From assembly GCA_963637565.1 (NCBI GenBank), contig CAVHNT010000055.1, forward strand, positions 1 through 59,315: a stretch of DNA of 59,315 nt, in the 5' to 3' direction. The stretch is from a bacterium (GTDB taxonomy: Bacteria; Bacillota; Clostridia; TANB77; UBA1234). The notes under the pieces were generated by a model. That model was not told where the DNA came from. It did no database searches and was given only the letters and a program-made list of their open reading frames with translations. Positions 34,110 to 43,004 of this stretch are shown here, piece after piece (position 1 is the first letter of the stretch; every line of letters begins with the position of its first letter). Made by a program: the position numbers and the translations under genes.

Positions 34110-35087
34110 TTAACCATTATTTGTTATTGTAAAACTCTTTGTTGCATTATCTAAAACATAGTTTTTAGAATAATCTTTTGACTTTGTTTCATTTGACATT
34201 ACTGCTTTTGCTGTATATGTACCAACTTGCGTTCTTCCACCTTCTACAGCCAATTCAATAACGTCTCCGTTCACTCCACTTATTTTAGTATTCTTTACTT
34301 TTGGTACTTTATCCGTTCCATCATACTCAAAACTATCTGTATCTTGCCATTCAACTTTTAGTGCCATTGGTCTTATTTCCCATGTAAGATTCTTCTCACC
34401 AGTACTGCCATCACTCCAAGAATACTTTTCTGGATCTTTTAAAGTTAATTTTATAATTTTCTTTTCACCAACATTTGTAAGTTCATTCGTTGATGGTGTT
34501 TTGCCATCAGCCTCATAATAACTAATATTTACTTTACTGCTATCAATATTTCCCAATGGAGCTTTTTGAACATTACCATTATAGATACTATCTCCTGTTA
34601 GCGTTGGTGCTGTAACTACAATCTTTTTAGTATCACTTTTGATGCCACCAGAATTACTTCCATTTGATGAACCACCCCCACCATATTGCGTACCGCCACC
34701 TTGTGTAGTTTGATTGGTTCCTCCAGCTCCGCCTCCAGATTCAGAAAAGATTCCCATAATTCCATTAAACACCGTTATTAACGTAGCTAACAAAAGCACA
34801 CCTATTATATACCTTATTGAACCATTCTTTAAATCTGCTCTCTCATTTGCTGATGCCATCATATATTTTATAGCAACAACAAGTATCATTCCTACAGCAA
34901 TAGCCCAACCAAACCATACGATGTAGCCTAATATACTATTCCCTATATCAGAAAGTTCTCCTCCATTAGGTTCAGGATCTCCACCTAATATACCAGTAAC
35001 TGTCGCTAATGCCGGTGTAGCAGATAATATAATCATTAATATAGATATTAATATGATTTTAAATATTGTTTTCTTCTTTAAATTCAT
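34110..35087 (-). CDS. Surface protein: signal peptide, TrbC/VirB2-like two-TM pilin-type module, Gly/Ser-rich linker, two MBG(YDG)-type Ig-like domains
   Basis: 325 aa. ILGYIVWFGWAIAVGMILVVAIKYMMA...IRYIIGVLLLATLITVF matches the VirB2/TrbC helix-loop-helix pattern. GGGAGGTNQTTQGGGTQYGGGGSS linker. FEYDGTDKVP...GDVIELAVEGGRTQVGTYTAKA...NYVL fits an MBG domain. Confidence 0.7.
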   Translation of the reverse strand: MNLKKKTIFKIILISILMIILSATPALATVTGILGGDPEPNGGELSDIGNSILGYIVWFGWAIAVGMILVVAIKYMMASANERADLKNGSIRYIIGVLLLATLITVFNGIMGIFSESGGGAGGTNQTTQGGGTQYGGGGSSNGSNSGGIKSDTKKIVVTAPTLTGDSIYNGNVQKAPLGNIDSSKVNISYYEADGKTPSTNELTNVGEKKIIKLTLKDPEKYSWSDGSTGEKNLTWEIRPMALKVEWQDTDSFEYDGTDKVPKVKNTKISGVNGDVIELAVEGGRTQVGTYTAKAVMSNETKSKDYSKNYVLDNATKSFTITNNG

Positions 35088-35109
35088 AACAGGTCCCCCC
35101 TATCGTACT

Positions 35110-35138
35110 CTTATATAAATGATAGCATATTTTTTCAA
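35110..35138 (-). promoter_or_regulatory. Promoter of the VirB2-like/MBG gene
   Basis: Minus strand TTGAAA (35133-35138), 17 nt, TATAAG (35110-35115). The RBS is a G6 run (35095-35100). Confidence 0.4.
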
Positions 35139-35257
35139 AATAAAAAACATTTTTTTCAAATTTATTGCATGTTTTAAGCACAAGGAACCTGGAATTTTTT
35201 TCATACAAATTAAAAAAAGCAGAAAATCAAATAATTCTTCAATTTTAATTTATACTA

Positions 35258-36205
35258 TTAAACTCCTTTTACTATGTACATATATAGTAGTTCAAGTACT
35301 TCATCTTTTGATTCAAGCATGTTAATCTGATTTCTAATTTGTGTAGCTAATGGCAAACCTTTTATATACCAGCTTATATGCTTTCTCATTTCCCTAACTG
35401 CAATGTATTCTCCTTTTAACTCAGAAAGTAAGTCGTAATGTTTTTTTATTATTTTATACAATTCTTCTTGTTTCATATCTATTTTATTTTGATCGACAAT
35501 TTCTTTAAAAATCCATGGCTTTCCTAATGCAGCTCTACCAATCATTACTGCATCACAGCCAGTATATTCTATCATCTTATTAGCACTATCTATATCAATA
35601 ACATCACCGTTTCCTATTACTGGAATACTTACACTTTCTTTCACTTTTTTGATAATATCCCAGTCTGCAATTCCAGAATAAAATTGTTCTCTTGTTCTAC
35701 CGTGCACAGCAACAGCAGAAACACCATTTTTTTCTAATATTTTTGCAATTTCAACTGCATTTACGTTCTCGTCATTCCATCCTTTTCTAATTTTCACAGT
35801 AACCGGCACAGTTGAACTTTTTACTACTTTGTATGTTATTTCGTCTATCAACGCCGGATTCAACATCAATTTGCTTCCATCATCATTTTTTACTACCTTA
35901 GGAGCTGGACATCCCATGTTGATGTCTATTATATCTGCTTTCTCACTCATTTTTTTTGCCACATCTGCCATTATACTTGCATCAGAGCCAAATATTTGTA
36001 TTGCAACAGGTCTTTCTTTTTCGTCTATTTGAGTTAGTAATTTTGTTTTTTCATCATTATAATATATTCCCTTAGCACTTATCATCTCTGTATAAACAAG
36101 CCCAGCACCAAATTCTTTACATACTAATCTATATGCCAAATCTGTTATTCCAGCCATTGGTGCAAGAAAAACATTGTTTTTTATTTCAACATTTCCTATA
36201 TTCAA
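35258..36205 (-). CDS. dusB: tRNA dihydrouridine synthase
   Basis: 315 aa. LAPMAGITDLAYR, DINMGCPAPKV, VTVKIRKGW, AVHGRTREQ. Confidence 0.92.
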   Translation of the reverse strand: MNIGNVEIKNNVFLAPMAGITDLAYRLVCKEFGAGLVYTEMISAKGIYYNDEKTKLLTQIDEKERPVAIQIFGSDASIMADVAKKMSEKADIIDINMGCPAPKVVKNDDGSKLMLNPALIDEITYKVVKSSTVPVTVKIRKGWNDENVNAVEIAKILEKNGVSAVAVHGRTREQFYSGIADWDIIKKVKESVSIPVIGNGDVIDIDSANKMIEYTGCDAVMIGRAALGKPWIFKEIVDQNKIDMKQEELYKIIKKHYDLLSELKGEYIAVREMRKHISWYIKGLPLATQIRNQINMLESKDEVLELLYMYIVKGV

Positions 36206-36220
36206 ATTATATTCTCCTCT

Positions 36221-37325
36221 TTATTCAAACATTTTTCTTGTTCTATGTCCATTTATACTTAATAATAAACCTAGCCCTATGAAATTAGTAAGCATAGCGC
36301 TTCCACCATAGCTTATAAACGGAAGTGGTATACCAGTTATTGGCATCAAACCTATATTCATTCCAACGTTTTCAAGAAAATGTGCCAAGTACATTGTTGA
36401 TATTCCTGTGGCTACTAACATTCCAAACAAATCAGACGTCATTTTTGCTATATAAAAGCCTCTAATTATTAAAAGTACAAATATTACTACTACCAACGCC
36501 GACACGATAAAGCCCATTTCTTCTCCTATAACTGCATATATAAAGTCTGTAACTTTCATTGGTAAATACCCAAGCTGTGTCTGATTTCCTTCCATTAGTC
36601 CCATTCCCCAAAGTTGTCCAGATCCAACCGCTAATTTTGCTTGAATTATGTTATATCCTGCACCTTGTGGATCTAATTGCGGATTTAAAAATACATCAAT
36701 TCTATTTTTGGCATGGATTGGCAATACATAATTATACGCCAATGGAATCGCAATTGCAGTTATTAGCACTGCTCCAATGATATATTTGTAATTTATACCT
36801 CCTGTAAAAAGCATAGCTGCAGTTATTGCAAGTAAAACCATTGCTGTACCATAGTCTGGTTGTTTAATTACAAGTAGTATTGGAACTGCGATAAATGCAA
36901 GTATTGTTAAAACCACCAAAGGGTTATTTAATGTATTTTTCTTTTTGAAATGTTCTATCACTTTTCCTAGTCCTAAAATTAAAGTAATCTTTCCTAGTTC
37001 ACTTGGCTGAATGCTTATAGGGCCAATTTTAAACCAACTTGTTGCACCATTTATTGGATTTGTGAAGAGTACTGCTATGAGTGCTAATACTGTAATAATA
37101 TATAATGGTACCCAAAGTTTTCCGTAATATGTCATAATCTATAAATATTATAACTATCATTGTCACAATTCCAATGCCCATCCAAGCTATTTGTTTCATT
37201 GTTTCTGCTGTGTCGCCCTCTGCTCCTCCATTTGCACTATATAACGCAATTATTCCAATTATAAATAATGCCAAGCTAAAAATAATAATGCTATAATCCA
37301 AAGCTTTCAATATTTTTTTTAACAT
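36221..37325 (-). pseudogene. rodA: SEDS-family peptidoglycan glycosyltransferase RodA (FtsW/RodA/SpoVE family) split by a 1-nt frameshift
   Basis: Two overlapping track ORFs (37029-37370 and 36221-37135). The N-terminal part MLKKILKALDYSIII...FIDYDILRK (RBS-supported start at 37325) continues as LWVPLYIITVLALIAVLF...IQPSELGKI only after shifting frame at the A4 run (T4 on + strand, 37118-37121). Confidence 0.8.
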
Positions 37326-37439
37326 TATTCCTCCTTTGTGGCTCTTATCTCTATATACAAATTTGCACACGAGCTGAATCTCCCGTGTGCAATTTTCAAT
37401 CGAAAATGTTTTAGTTTTCTTGTTTTTTCTTCTTTGACG

Positions 37440-38015
37440 TTACTTTTTTCTTGTTGTTGTTGCTTTTGTGGTTTTTATTTTAGTTTTAGACTTTTCTTCT
37501 TTTTCCTCTTTTTCTAAAACTTCTTCATTCTGTTCTTCTTTTTCTTCTAAAGTTTCTTCACCTTTAATCTCATCTACAACTATCTCTTCTTCTTTTTTTG
37601 AAGATATGTTTTCTATGCTATTTAATATATTTTCTGCAGCTTGTTCCGCTTCTTCTTCAGACATTATTTTTTCTTCTTTATTATCTTCAGATTCTTTCTT
37701 TGGAGCAATAGGTTTTACATTTTTTATTGGTATGTTTGCACACAATGCTGGTCCTTCAACATCAAGTCCAGACTCCAATCCTCTTGTGATTTCAACTTCT
37801 AATGCTTCTTCATCAATTTCTATATATTTCTTTATTACATCAATAATTTCTTTTTTCATCATCTCAAAGAAATCTGGTGACACACTTGCTCTGTCTTGCA
37901 TTAGCACTAATTTTAATCTATCCTTTGCAGCTTGTTTTGATGCAGGTTCTTTATCTTTTTTCTGCAAGTTTTTAATAAAATTTAGTACTGGCTCAAAAAA
38001 CTCTTTTATTTCCAT
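37440..38015 (-). CDS. minE: Cell division topological specificity factor MinE with a ~100-aa acidic/Lys-rich C-terminal extension
   Basis: 191 aa. AKDRLKLVLMQDRASVSPDFFEMMKKEIIDVIKKYIEIDEEALEVEI is the MinE core, followed by a low-complexity E/K tail. Confidence 0.85.
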   Translation of the reverse strand: MEIKEFFEPVLNFIKNLQKKDKEPASKQAAKDRLKLVLMQDRASVSPDFFEMMKKEIIDVIKKYIEIDEEALEVEITRGLESGLDVEGPALCANIPIKNVKPIAPKKESEDNKEEKIMSEEEAEQAAENILNSIENISSKKEEEIVVDEIKGEETLEEKEEQNEEVLEKEEKEEKSKTKIKTTKATTTRKK

Positions 38016-38056
38016 TATGGCGCCTCCTAATTTTTATTTTATTATAAAACTAACAA

Positions 38057-38851
38057 CTATTTGCCAGCGAAAGCAGTCTTCATCTTCTGCCAGAAACCTT
38101 CATTTTTACCAGGAATTGTAATTTCTATTTGTTCGCCCAATATTCTTTTTGCAGTTTCCATATAAGCTTTACCCGACATAGATTTTGAGTTTGTTACAGA
38201 TGGCTCACCTTTATTTGTTTGAATTATAACGTTTTCATCATCAGGAATCGCACCGATAAGTTTAATTGATAGCAATTCTACTATATCATCCGCATCCATC
38301 ATTTGGCCTCTTTGAACCATTTTTGTTCTAATTCTATTTAATATTAGTTGAGGTTTTGGTAGATTACTTGATTCTAACAAACCAACTATTCTATCTGCAT
38401 CTCTAACAGCAGAAACTTCTGGAGTTGTAACAACTAACGCTCTATCTGCACCAGCAATAGCATTTTTAAAACCTTGCTCTATTCCTGCTGGGCAATCTAT
38501 AATTACATAGTCAAATTCCAATTTTAATTCTTCACATATCTTCTTCATCTGTTCTTCATTAACAGCATTTTTATCGCGTGTTTGAGCAGCTGGTAATAAA
38601 AACAAACCTTCATATCTCCTATCCTTTATTAAGGCTTGCTTTAATTTACAATTTTCTTCAACCACGTCAACAATGTCATATACAATTCTATTTTCAAGGC
38701 CCATAACAACATCTAGATTTCTAAGTCCTATATCTGTGTCAACTAATGCTACTCTTTTTCCCATCATTGTTAAAGCTGTTCCAATATTAGCCGCACTTGT
38801 TGTTTTTCCAACCCCACCTTTTCCTGATGTTATAACGATTACTTCACCCAT
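38057..38851 (-). CDS. minD: Septum site-determining ATPase MinD
   Basis: 264 aa. VITSGKGGVGKTT deviant Walker A. C-terminal amphipathic helix GFWQKMKTAFAGK. Confidence 0.97.
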   Translation of the reverse strand: MGEVIVITSGKGGVGKTTSAANIGTALTMMGKRVALVDTDIGLRNLDVVMGLENRIVYDIVDVVEENCKLKQALIKDRRYEGLFLLPAAQTRDKNAVNEEQMKKICEELKLEFDYVIIDCPAGIEQGFKNAIAGADRALVVTTPEVSAVRDADRIVGLLESSNLPKPQLILNRIRTKMVQRGQMMDADDIVELLSIKLIGAIPDDENVIIQTNKGEPSVTNSKSMSGKAYMETAKRILGEQIEITIPGKNEGFWQKMKTAFAGK

Positions 38852-38923
38852 AAAATTATATCCTCCAATCTTTAAATAAGCCTTTCAAGATTTTCTTGCA
38901 AATGCTTATTTCCGTACATTTTT

Positions 38924-38952
38924 ATATTATAGGTATAATACCTAAAAGTCAA
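38924..38952 (-). promoter_or_regulatory. Promoter of minD-minE-rodA-dusB
   Basis: Minus strand TTGACT (38947-38952), 17 nt, TAATAT (38924-38929). Confidence 0.5.
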
Positions 38953-38976
38953 GTGTTTTTTGGGTTTTCTAACATA

Positions 38977-39017
38977 AAAGAGGATTCAAGCTTTTGCTTG
39001 AATCCTGCATTTTTTTA
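38977..39017. terminator. Hairpin terminator after the 1033-aa gene
   Basis: aggattcaagc ttt(t) gcttgaatcct 11-bp stem. CTTTTAT on the minus side, GCATTTTTTT on the plus side. Confidence 0.6.
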
Positions 39018-39038
39018 TTAATTTTACCCATATATATA

Positions 39039-42000
39039 TTAGTGTGTTCCTTCTGTTTCATAATCATTTGAAGATCTATAATCTGTTTCAAATATTCCAA
39101 CAATTCCTACTGGAATATCTGCATTTTCACCGTTTGGCAATTTTGTTGGTGTTGTTGGTTCTAATGGAGTAACTCCTGGAGAAACAATTTTTCCTGGCCA
39201 TTCTGGTGTTAATTCTGCTTTTCCTTCATTTAATGATTCTGGTCCTTTATACTCTAAGTATTCCCATTGGTTATAATTTGTTCTTATATTGAATTTAACT
39301 AATATATATCCATCTTTCTTTATTATATTTGGATTATTTATTATGTCAGAAGATGTTTTTCCTTGTGGAACTGCTACTGTTGATGCTGGAAGTTTATATC
39401 CTGCATACCAATGTCCTACAGCTCCCAAAACTACATCTTTTCCATTAGCTGAGTCTTTTAAAATACCCCATCTTGTATTATATGCAAATCCGTTTGTTGC
39501 ATCACTTATGATAGCTGCTTCATTTTTCTTATATAATCCATTTCCAACATATTCAGTAAAGTTGTTATAACATAATCTTAGGTTTTCTGGCATGCTTAAT
39601 CTTGGGAAATATCCAATATTAACATTACTTGAATAATTATAACCTGCTCCTAATTTGTTATTCATTATTCTTGTTGAATCTATTAATTCTTGTTTGCTAA
39701 CTTTCATGAATGAACTTGTTAAATTTGTTATAACAGGGATATTTGTTTTGTCTCCTGTACTTATCTTTATGTACTTTTGTTTTGTTGTATTATAATATAA
39801 ATCTACTCTTTCTGCCTTTCCTCCGCTCTTACTTACGAAGTAGAAACCTTCTGGTTGTATACTTACATTTACGTTATTACTCTTTATTCCTTTTGTTTTA
39901 AAGTCAAATGCTATCGTGTAACCTAGTTTTGGTGCATATTTATATCCATTAACCGCATTTTGTCCAAGCTGTCCAAATGCAAATTCATTTGCTGTTATGT
40001 AGTTTCCATTTTGACCCTTTATGTTTTGCCATCCTGGATCATTTGTTGAAGAAATTCTCAAATCATAAATCTTTCCAACTATCTCAACATTTATATCTTT
40101 TGTTGCAATATAGTTATTTGGATCAAGGTTTGCACCTTCCTGAGATAGAGAATTTATTGAACCATTTTCAGCTACAACTCTTGTTTTAATTGTACCCGTT
40201 CCTTCTTGTGCCCATACTGGTATAGTAAATGTATATTTACCTTCCGTTGTTGCTTTTCCAAGTGAACTTAACCAAGTTCCCGCTTTTATCATGGTTCTTG
40301 AATTTCCCTCATGCAAATATGCATCAAAAGATAATTGTACGTCTTTAATTTTACCCCAGTTTGTTATAAGTTTTGTTACCGCTTGATATGAGTTATATAA
40401 TCTTGCCATATAACCTTTTGAATTTCTATGTTGACCATCATTAGGTATTGTTATTGTAAAGCTTTTATCTAGTTGTAAATACGTTCTTGTATTATCAATA
40501 TTAATTTTTTGATTTATAAATGGCTCTATATATGTAATGCTTGCATTGTTCACTACCGGAGTGTGAACAAACACACTGTTAACTCCCATACCAAAAGGAA
40601 GCCCACTGTAATTTACAACACCATTTGTTGAATAATTACCATTTGCTTTTGTTGATGGTATCATCTTAGTTGTGCCATTTGATGTTTTTACTATATCTGG
40701 TTTATGGCTATTTGTGCTCGTTGTTGTAACAACTAAACCTCTATACTGATAATTACATCTTCCTGTTTGTGTTATTGCTGAATTACATTCACTTATTATA
40801 GAATTCTTTATACTCTGTATAGTTGAGTCTAAAGAAGCCTCTGCTTCAGCCCTCGAATTAAATGGACCTCGTCCACTTGACATAGTCTTACTTACATTAG
40901 GTAAACGTTTTTTTACATTTATTGTTTGTGGTCCTACTACAGGTCCACCTGTAAGACCAATAGAAACACTTCCGTCAACCGGTGCACCGTTTATTGTAGC
41001 ATTACTTATAGGATACATTGTTGATATTGGAACATCAAAGAATATTTTTTCAGGTGCCGTATATGAAAATCCTTCCTCCGTTTTTGAAACTGATCTTGTG
41101 TGTGTACCCCACCTATGATTTACTGCTACATACTTAACAATAGTTTTTCCATTTTCGTCTTCTTCATATACTTTTTTAGTACAATTACATGGTACTATAT
41201 AAGTTGCATTTGCAACTAACGTAATATCTTTAACTCCTGCTGTTCCAACATATTTTCTTTCTGTTACACTATACAAAGAGTCATCCGCAGTTACCGCAAA
41301 ATTCAAATTTTCACTTGTTGGAATAGCTTCACTGACATTATATATATCGCTACTTATGCTTCCGTTTCTTGAAGGTTCTTTATGTTCATAGGTTGTTGTA
41401 CTTATATTAACATCTGCCCATCTGTGTGATTCATTTGGTTCTGGATCTGGTTCTGGATCTGGTGACGTTGGTGTTAGATCATCAGTTTCACCATTTCTTG
41501 CATAAACCCTATCAAATCTATCAATCGTATACTCTTTTCCATTTATCGAAATACTAGTAACAGCATATATTCCTTCTGGAAAGTTGTATGGCACATGTAA
41601 TATTACTTTTCCATTCTCAATGGTAGCCTTTATAGTTATAGTATTGCCATCTTCTGCAAAATATCCGTATGTAACACCATTCTTAAAGAGAGGATCATTA
41701 TTAACAATATCCATATAAGTCTCTTTAGTACTCAGATTCCAACTGTCCGCCAGTCTTTCACAAAACTCCTCTGTTGTCAAGTGTTCAGATCTCGTTAATG
41801 TTACTTCAATTTCGAAGTTTACTTCTTCATTGTTTATAGTTGGTATTTTATCATATTTTATTTCAGTATTAACTTTTTCTCCAGCCTCTAAAGGTGGCTC
41901 TGGCTGATATGCAGGACTATCTATCGTATAATGATCTTTGTGATTTTGAAAAACTTCTGAATTTTTCATCGTTTTAGCAAGTTCTTTTGCCATCTCTACT

Positions 42001-42140
42001 TCATCATTATAGTTTTCTGTAGTTATTGTCAGATTATCATTTTCGTCTCCATAGCATATATTTGAAAAGCTAAGTATGGAGATAATCATAATACTTAATA
42101 GTAAAATAATTCTTGTTCTATTCTCATTAACAAAATTCAT
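39039..42140 (-). CDS. Large secreted protein of unknown function (1033 aa), with no recognisable wall anchor
   Basis: Signal peptide/TM RIILLLSIMIISILSFSNICYG. PDPEPDPEPN linker. Beta-rich sequence. 13 nt downstream of the SLH-only gene. Confidence 0.8.
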   Translation of the reverse strand: MNFVNENRTRIILLLSIMIISILSFSNICYGDENDNLTITTENYNDEVEMAKELAKTMKNSEVFQNHKDHYTIDSPAYQPEPPLEAGEKVNTEIKYDKIPTINNEEVNFEIEVTLTRSEHLTTEEFCERLADSWNLSTKETYMDIVNNDPLFKNGVTYGYFAEDGNTITIKATIENGKVILHVPYNFPEGIYAVTSISINGKEYTIDRFDRVYARNGETDDLTPTSPDPEPDPEPNESHRWADVNISTTTYEHKEPSRNGSISSDIYNVSEAIPTSENLNFAVTADDSLYSVTERKYVGTAGVKDITLVANATYIVPCNCTKKVYEEDENGKTIVKYVAVNHRWGTHTRSVSKTEEGFSYTAPEKIFFDVPISTMYPISNATINGAPVDGSVSIGLTGGPVVGPQTINVKKRLPNVSKTMSSGRGPFNSRAEAEASLDSTIQSIKNSIISECNSAITQTGRCNYQYRGLVVTTTSTNSHKPDIVKTSNGTTKMIPSTKANGNYSTNGVVNYSGLPFGMGVNSVFVHTPVVNNASITYIEPFINQKINIDNTRTYLQLDKSFTITIPNDGQHRNSKGYMARLYNSYQAVTKLITNWGKIKDVQLSFDAYLHEGNSRTMIKAGTWLSSLGKATTEGKYTFTIPVWAQEGTGTIKTRVVAENGSINSLSQEGANLDPNNYIATKDINVEIVGKIYDLRISSTNDPGWQNIKGQNGNYITANEFAFGQLGQNAVNGYKYAPKLGYTIAFDFKTKGIKSNNVNVSIQPEGFYFVSKSGGKAERVDLYYNTTKQKYIKISTGDKTNIPVITNLTSSFMKVSKQELIDSTRIMNNKLGAGYNYSSNVNIGYFPRLSMPENLRLCYNNFTEYVGNGLYKKNEAAIISDATNGFAYNTRWGILKDSANGKDVVLGAVGHWYAGYKLPASTVAVPQGKTSSDIINNPNIIKKDGYILVKFNIRTNYNQWEYLEYKGPESLNEGKAELTPEWPGKIVSPGVTPLEPTTPTKLPNGENADIPVGIVGIFETDYRSSNDYETEGTH

Positions 42141-42153
42141 ATGAATCTCCTCC

Positions 42154-42768
42154 TTACTTTATAGATAAGAATCTATATATAATTGTTGCTACTTCTGCTC
42201 TTGTCATATATCCATTTGGTTTAAAACTTCCATCTGTATATCCATTAATCAATCCAAGATCAGTTGCATTCTTTATATAAATTTGTTCTACCTCACTAAG
42301 TTCTGAAATATCGTTAAATGTGACTGTTTGTAACGAGTCTTGTTCACCATCAAAAAAGCGTTTTCTTATATATTTTTTAGCAGCTGTTTTAGATAATACA
42401 ACAACCATTTCTAATCTAGTAATTGGATCATCCACGTTTTCAATTGATGTTCCATCCATCATAAGTCCTTCATTTTCAGCGTAATGCATATACGAATCTG
42501 TCCATTTTTGAGCTGCCATATTAGGAATTATAAATAATTCCTCTCCCTCTGCCGCTGTCATCATGAGTTTAAAAAATTCTCCTCTTGTTATTGCGTTTTC
42601 TGGTCTATAGGTTCCATCAGGATATCCATTTATAACCCCATTTTCCACTAGATTTATTACATTTTTATATGCCCAATGCTCTGATGTTAAGTCTGAAAAA
42701 CCTGTCGCAAAGCATGTTGTACTAAGAAGCATTATTAAGCATAAAAGTATTGCTAAAAATTTTTTCAT
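42154..42768 (-). CDS. SLH-domain-only cell-wall anchor protein (three SLH repeats, no passenger domain)
   Basis: 204 aa. Signal peptide. FSDLTSEHWAYKNVINLVENGVINGYPDGTYRPENAITRGEF and FNDISE...GLINGYTDGSFKPNGYMTRAEVATIIYRF. Confidence 0.85.
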   Translation of the reverse strand: MKKFLAILLCLIMLLSTTCFATGFSDLTSEHWAYKNVINLVENGVINGYPDGTYRPENAITRGEFFKLMMTAAEGEELFIIPNMAAQKWTDSYMHYAENEGLMMDGTSIENVDDPITRLEMVVVLSKTAAKKYIRKRFFDGEQDSLQTVTFNDISELSEVEQIYIKNATDLGLINGYTDGSFKPNGYMTRAEVATIIYRFLSIK

Positions 42769-42935
42769 ATGTACACCTCCTACATCAATTCTCCTAGTTT
42801 TGTTTTTTCAAAAATCTAAATTTTTTGACATATTTTTCTATACTAATATTATAAACTAAAACGCTTATCAAAACAATATTTATATTTTAAATTCCACTCT
42901 ATACATATTGAATTATAAACAAATTTTCATTTTCC

Positions 42936-42964
42936 TTGATAATATTTTTTCATATGTATATAAT
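42936..42964 (+). promoter_or_regulatory. Promoter of the aminopeptidase gene
   Basis: TTGATA, 17 nt, TATAAT, flanked by the inverted repeat ttttcctt / aaggaaaa. Confidence 0.5.
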
Positions 42965-43004
42965 ATTTTCATAAAGGAAAATATTATATAAGGAGGTATT
43001 TTTT

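Noticed and set aside
37468-38121. 217-aa plus-strand ORF antisense to minE
   Set aside because: It is a Ser/Phe-rich shadow of the Glu/Lys-rich minE tail, has no RBS, and overlaps two well-supported genes.
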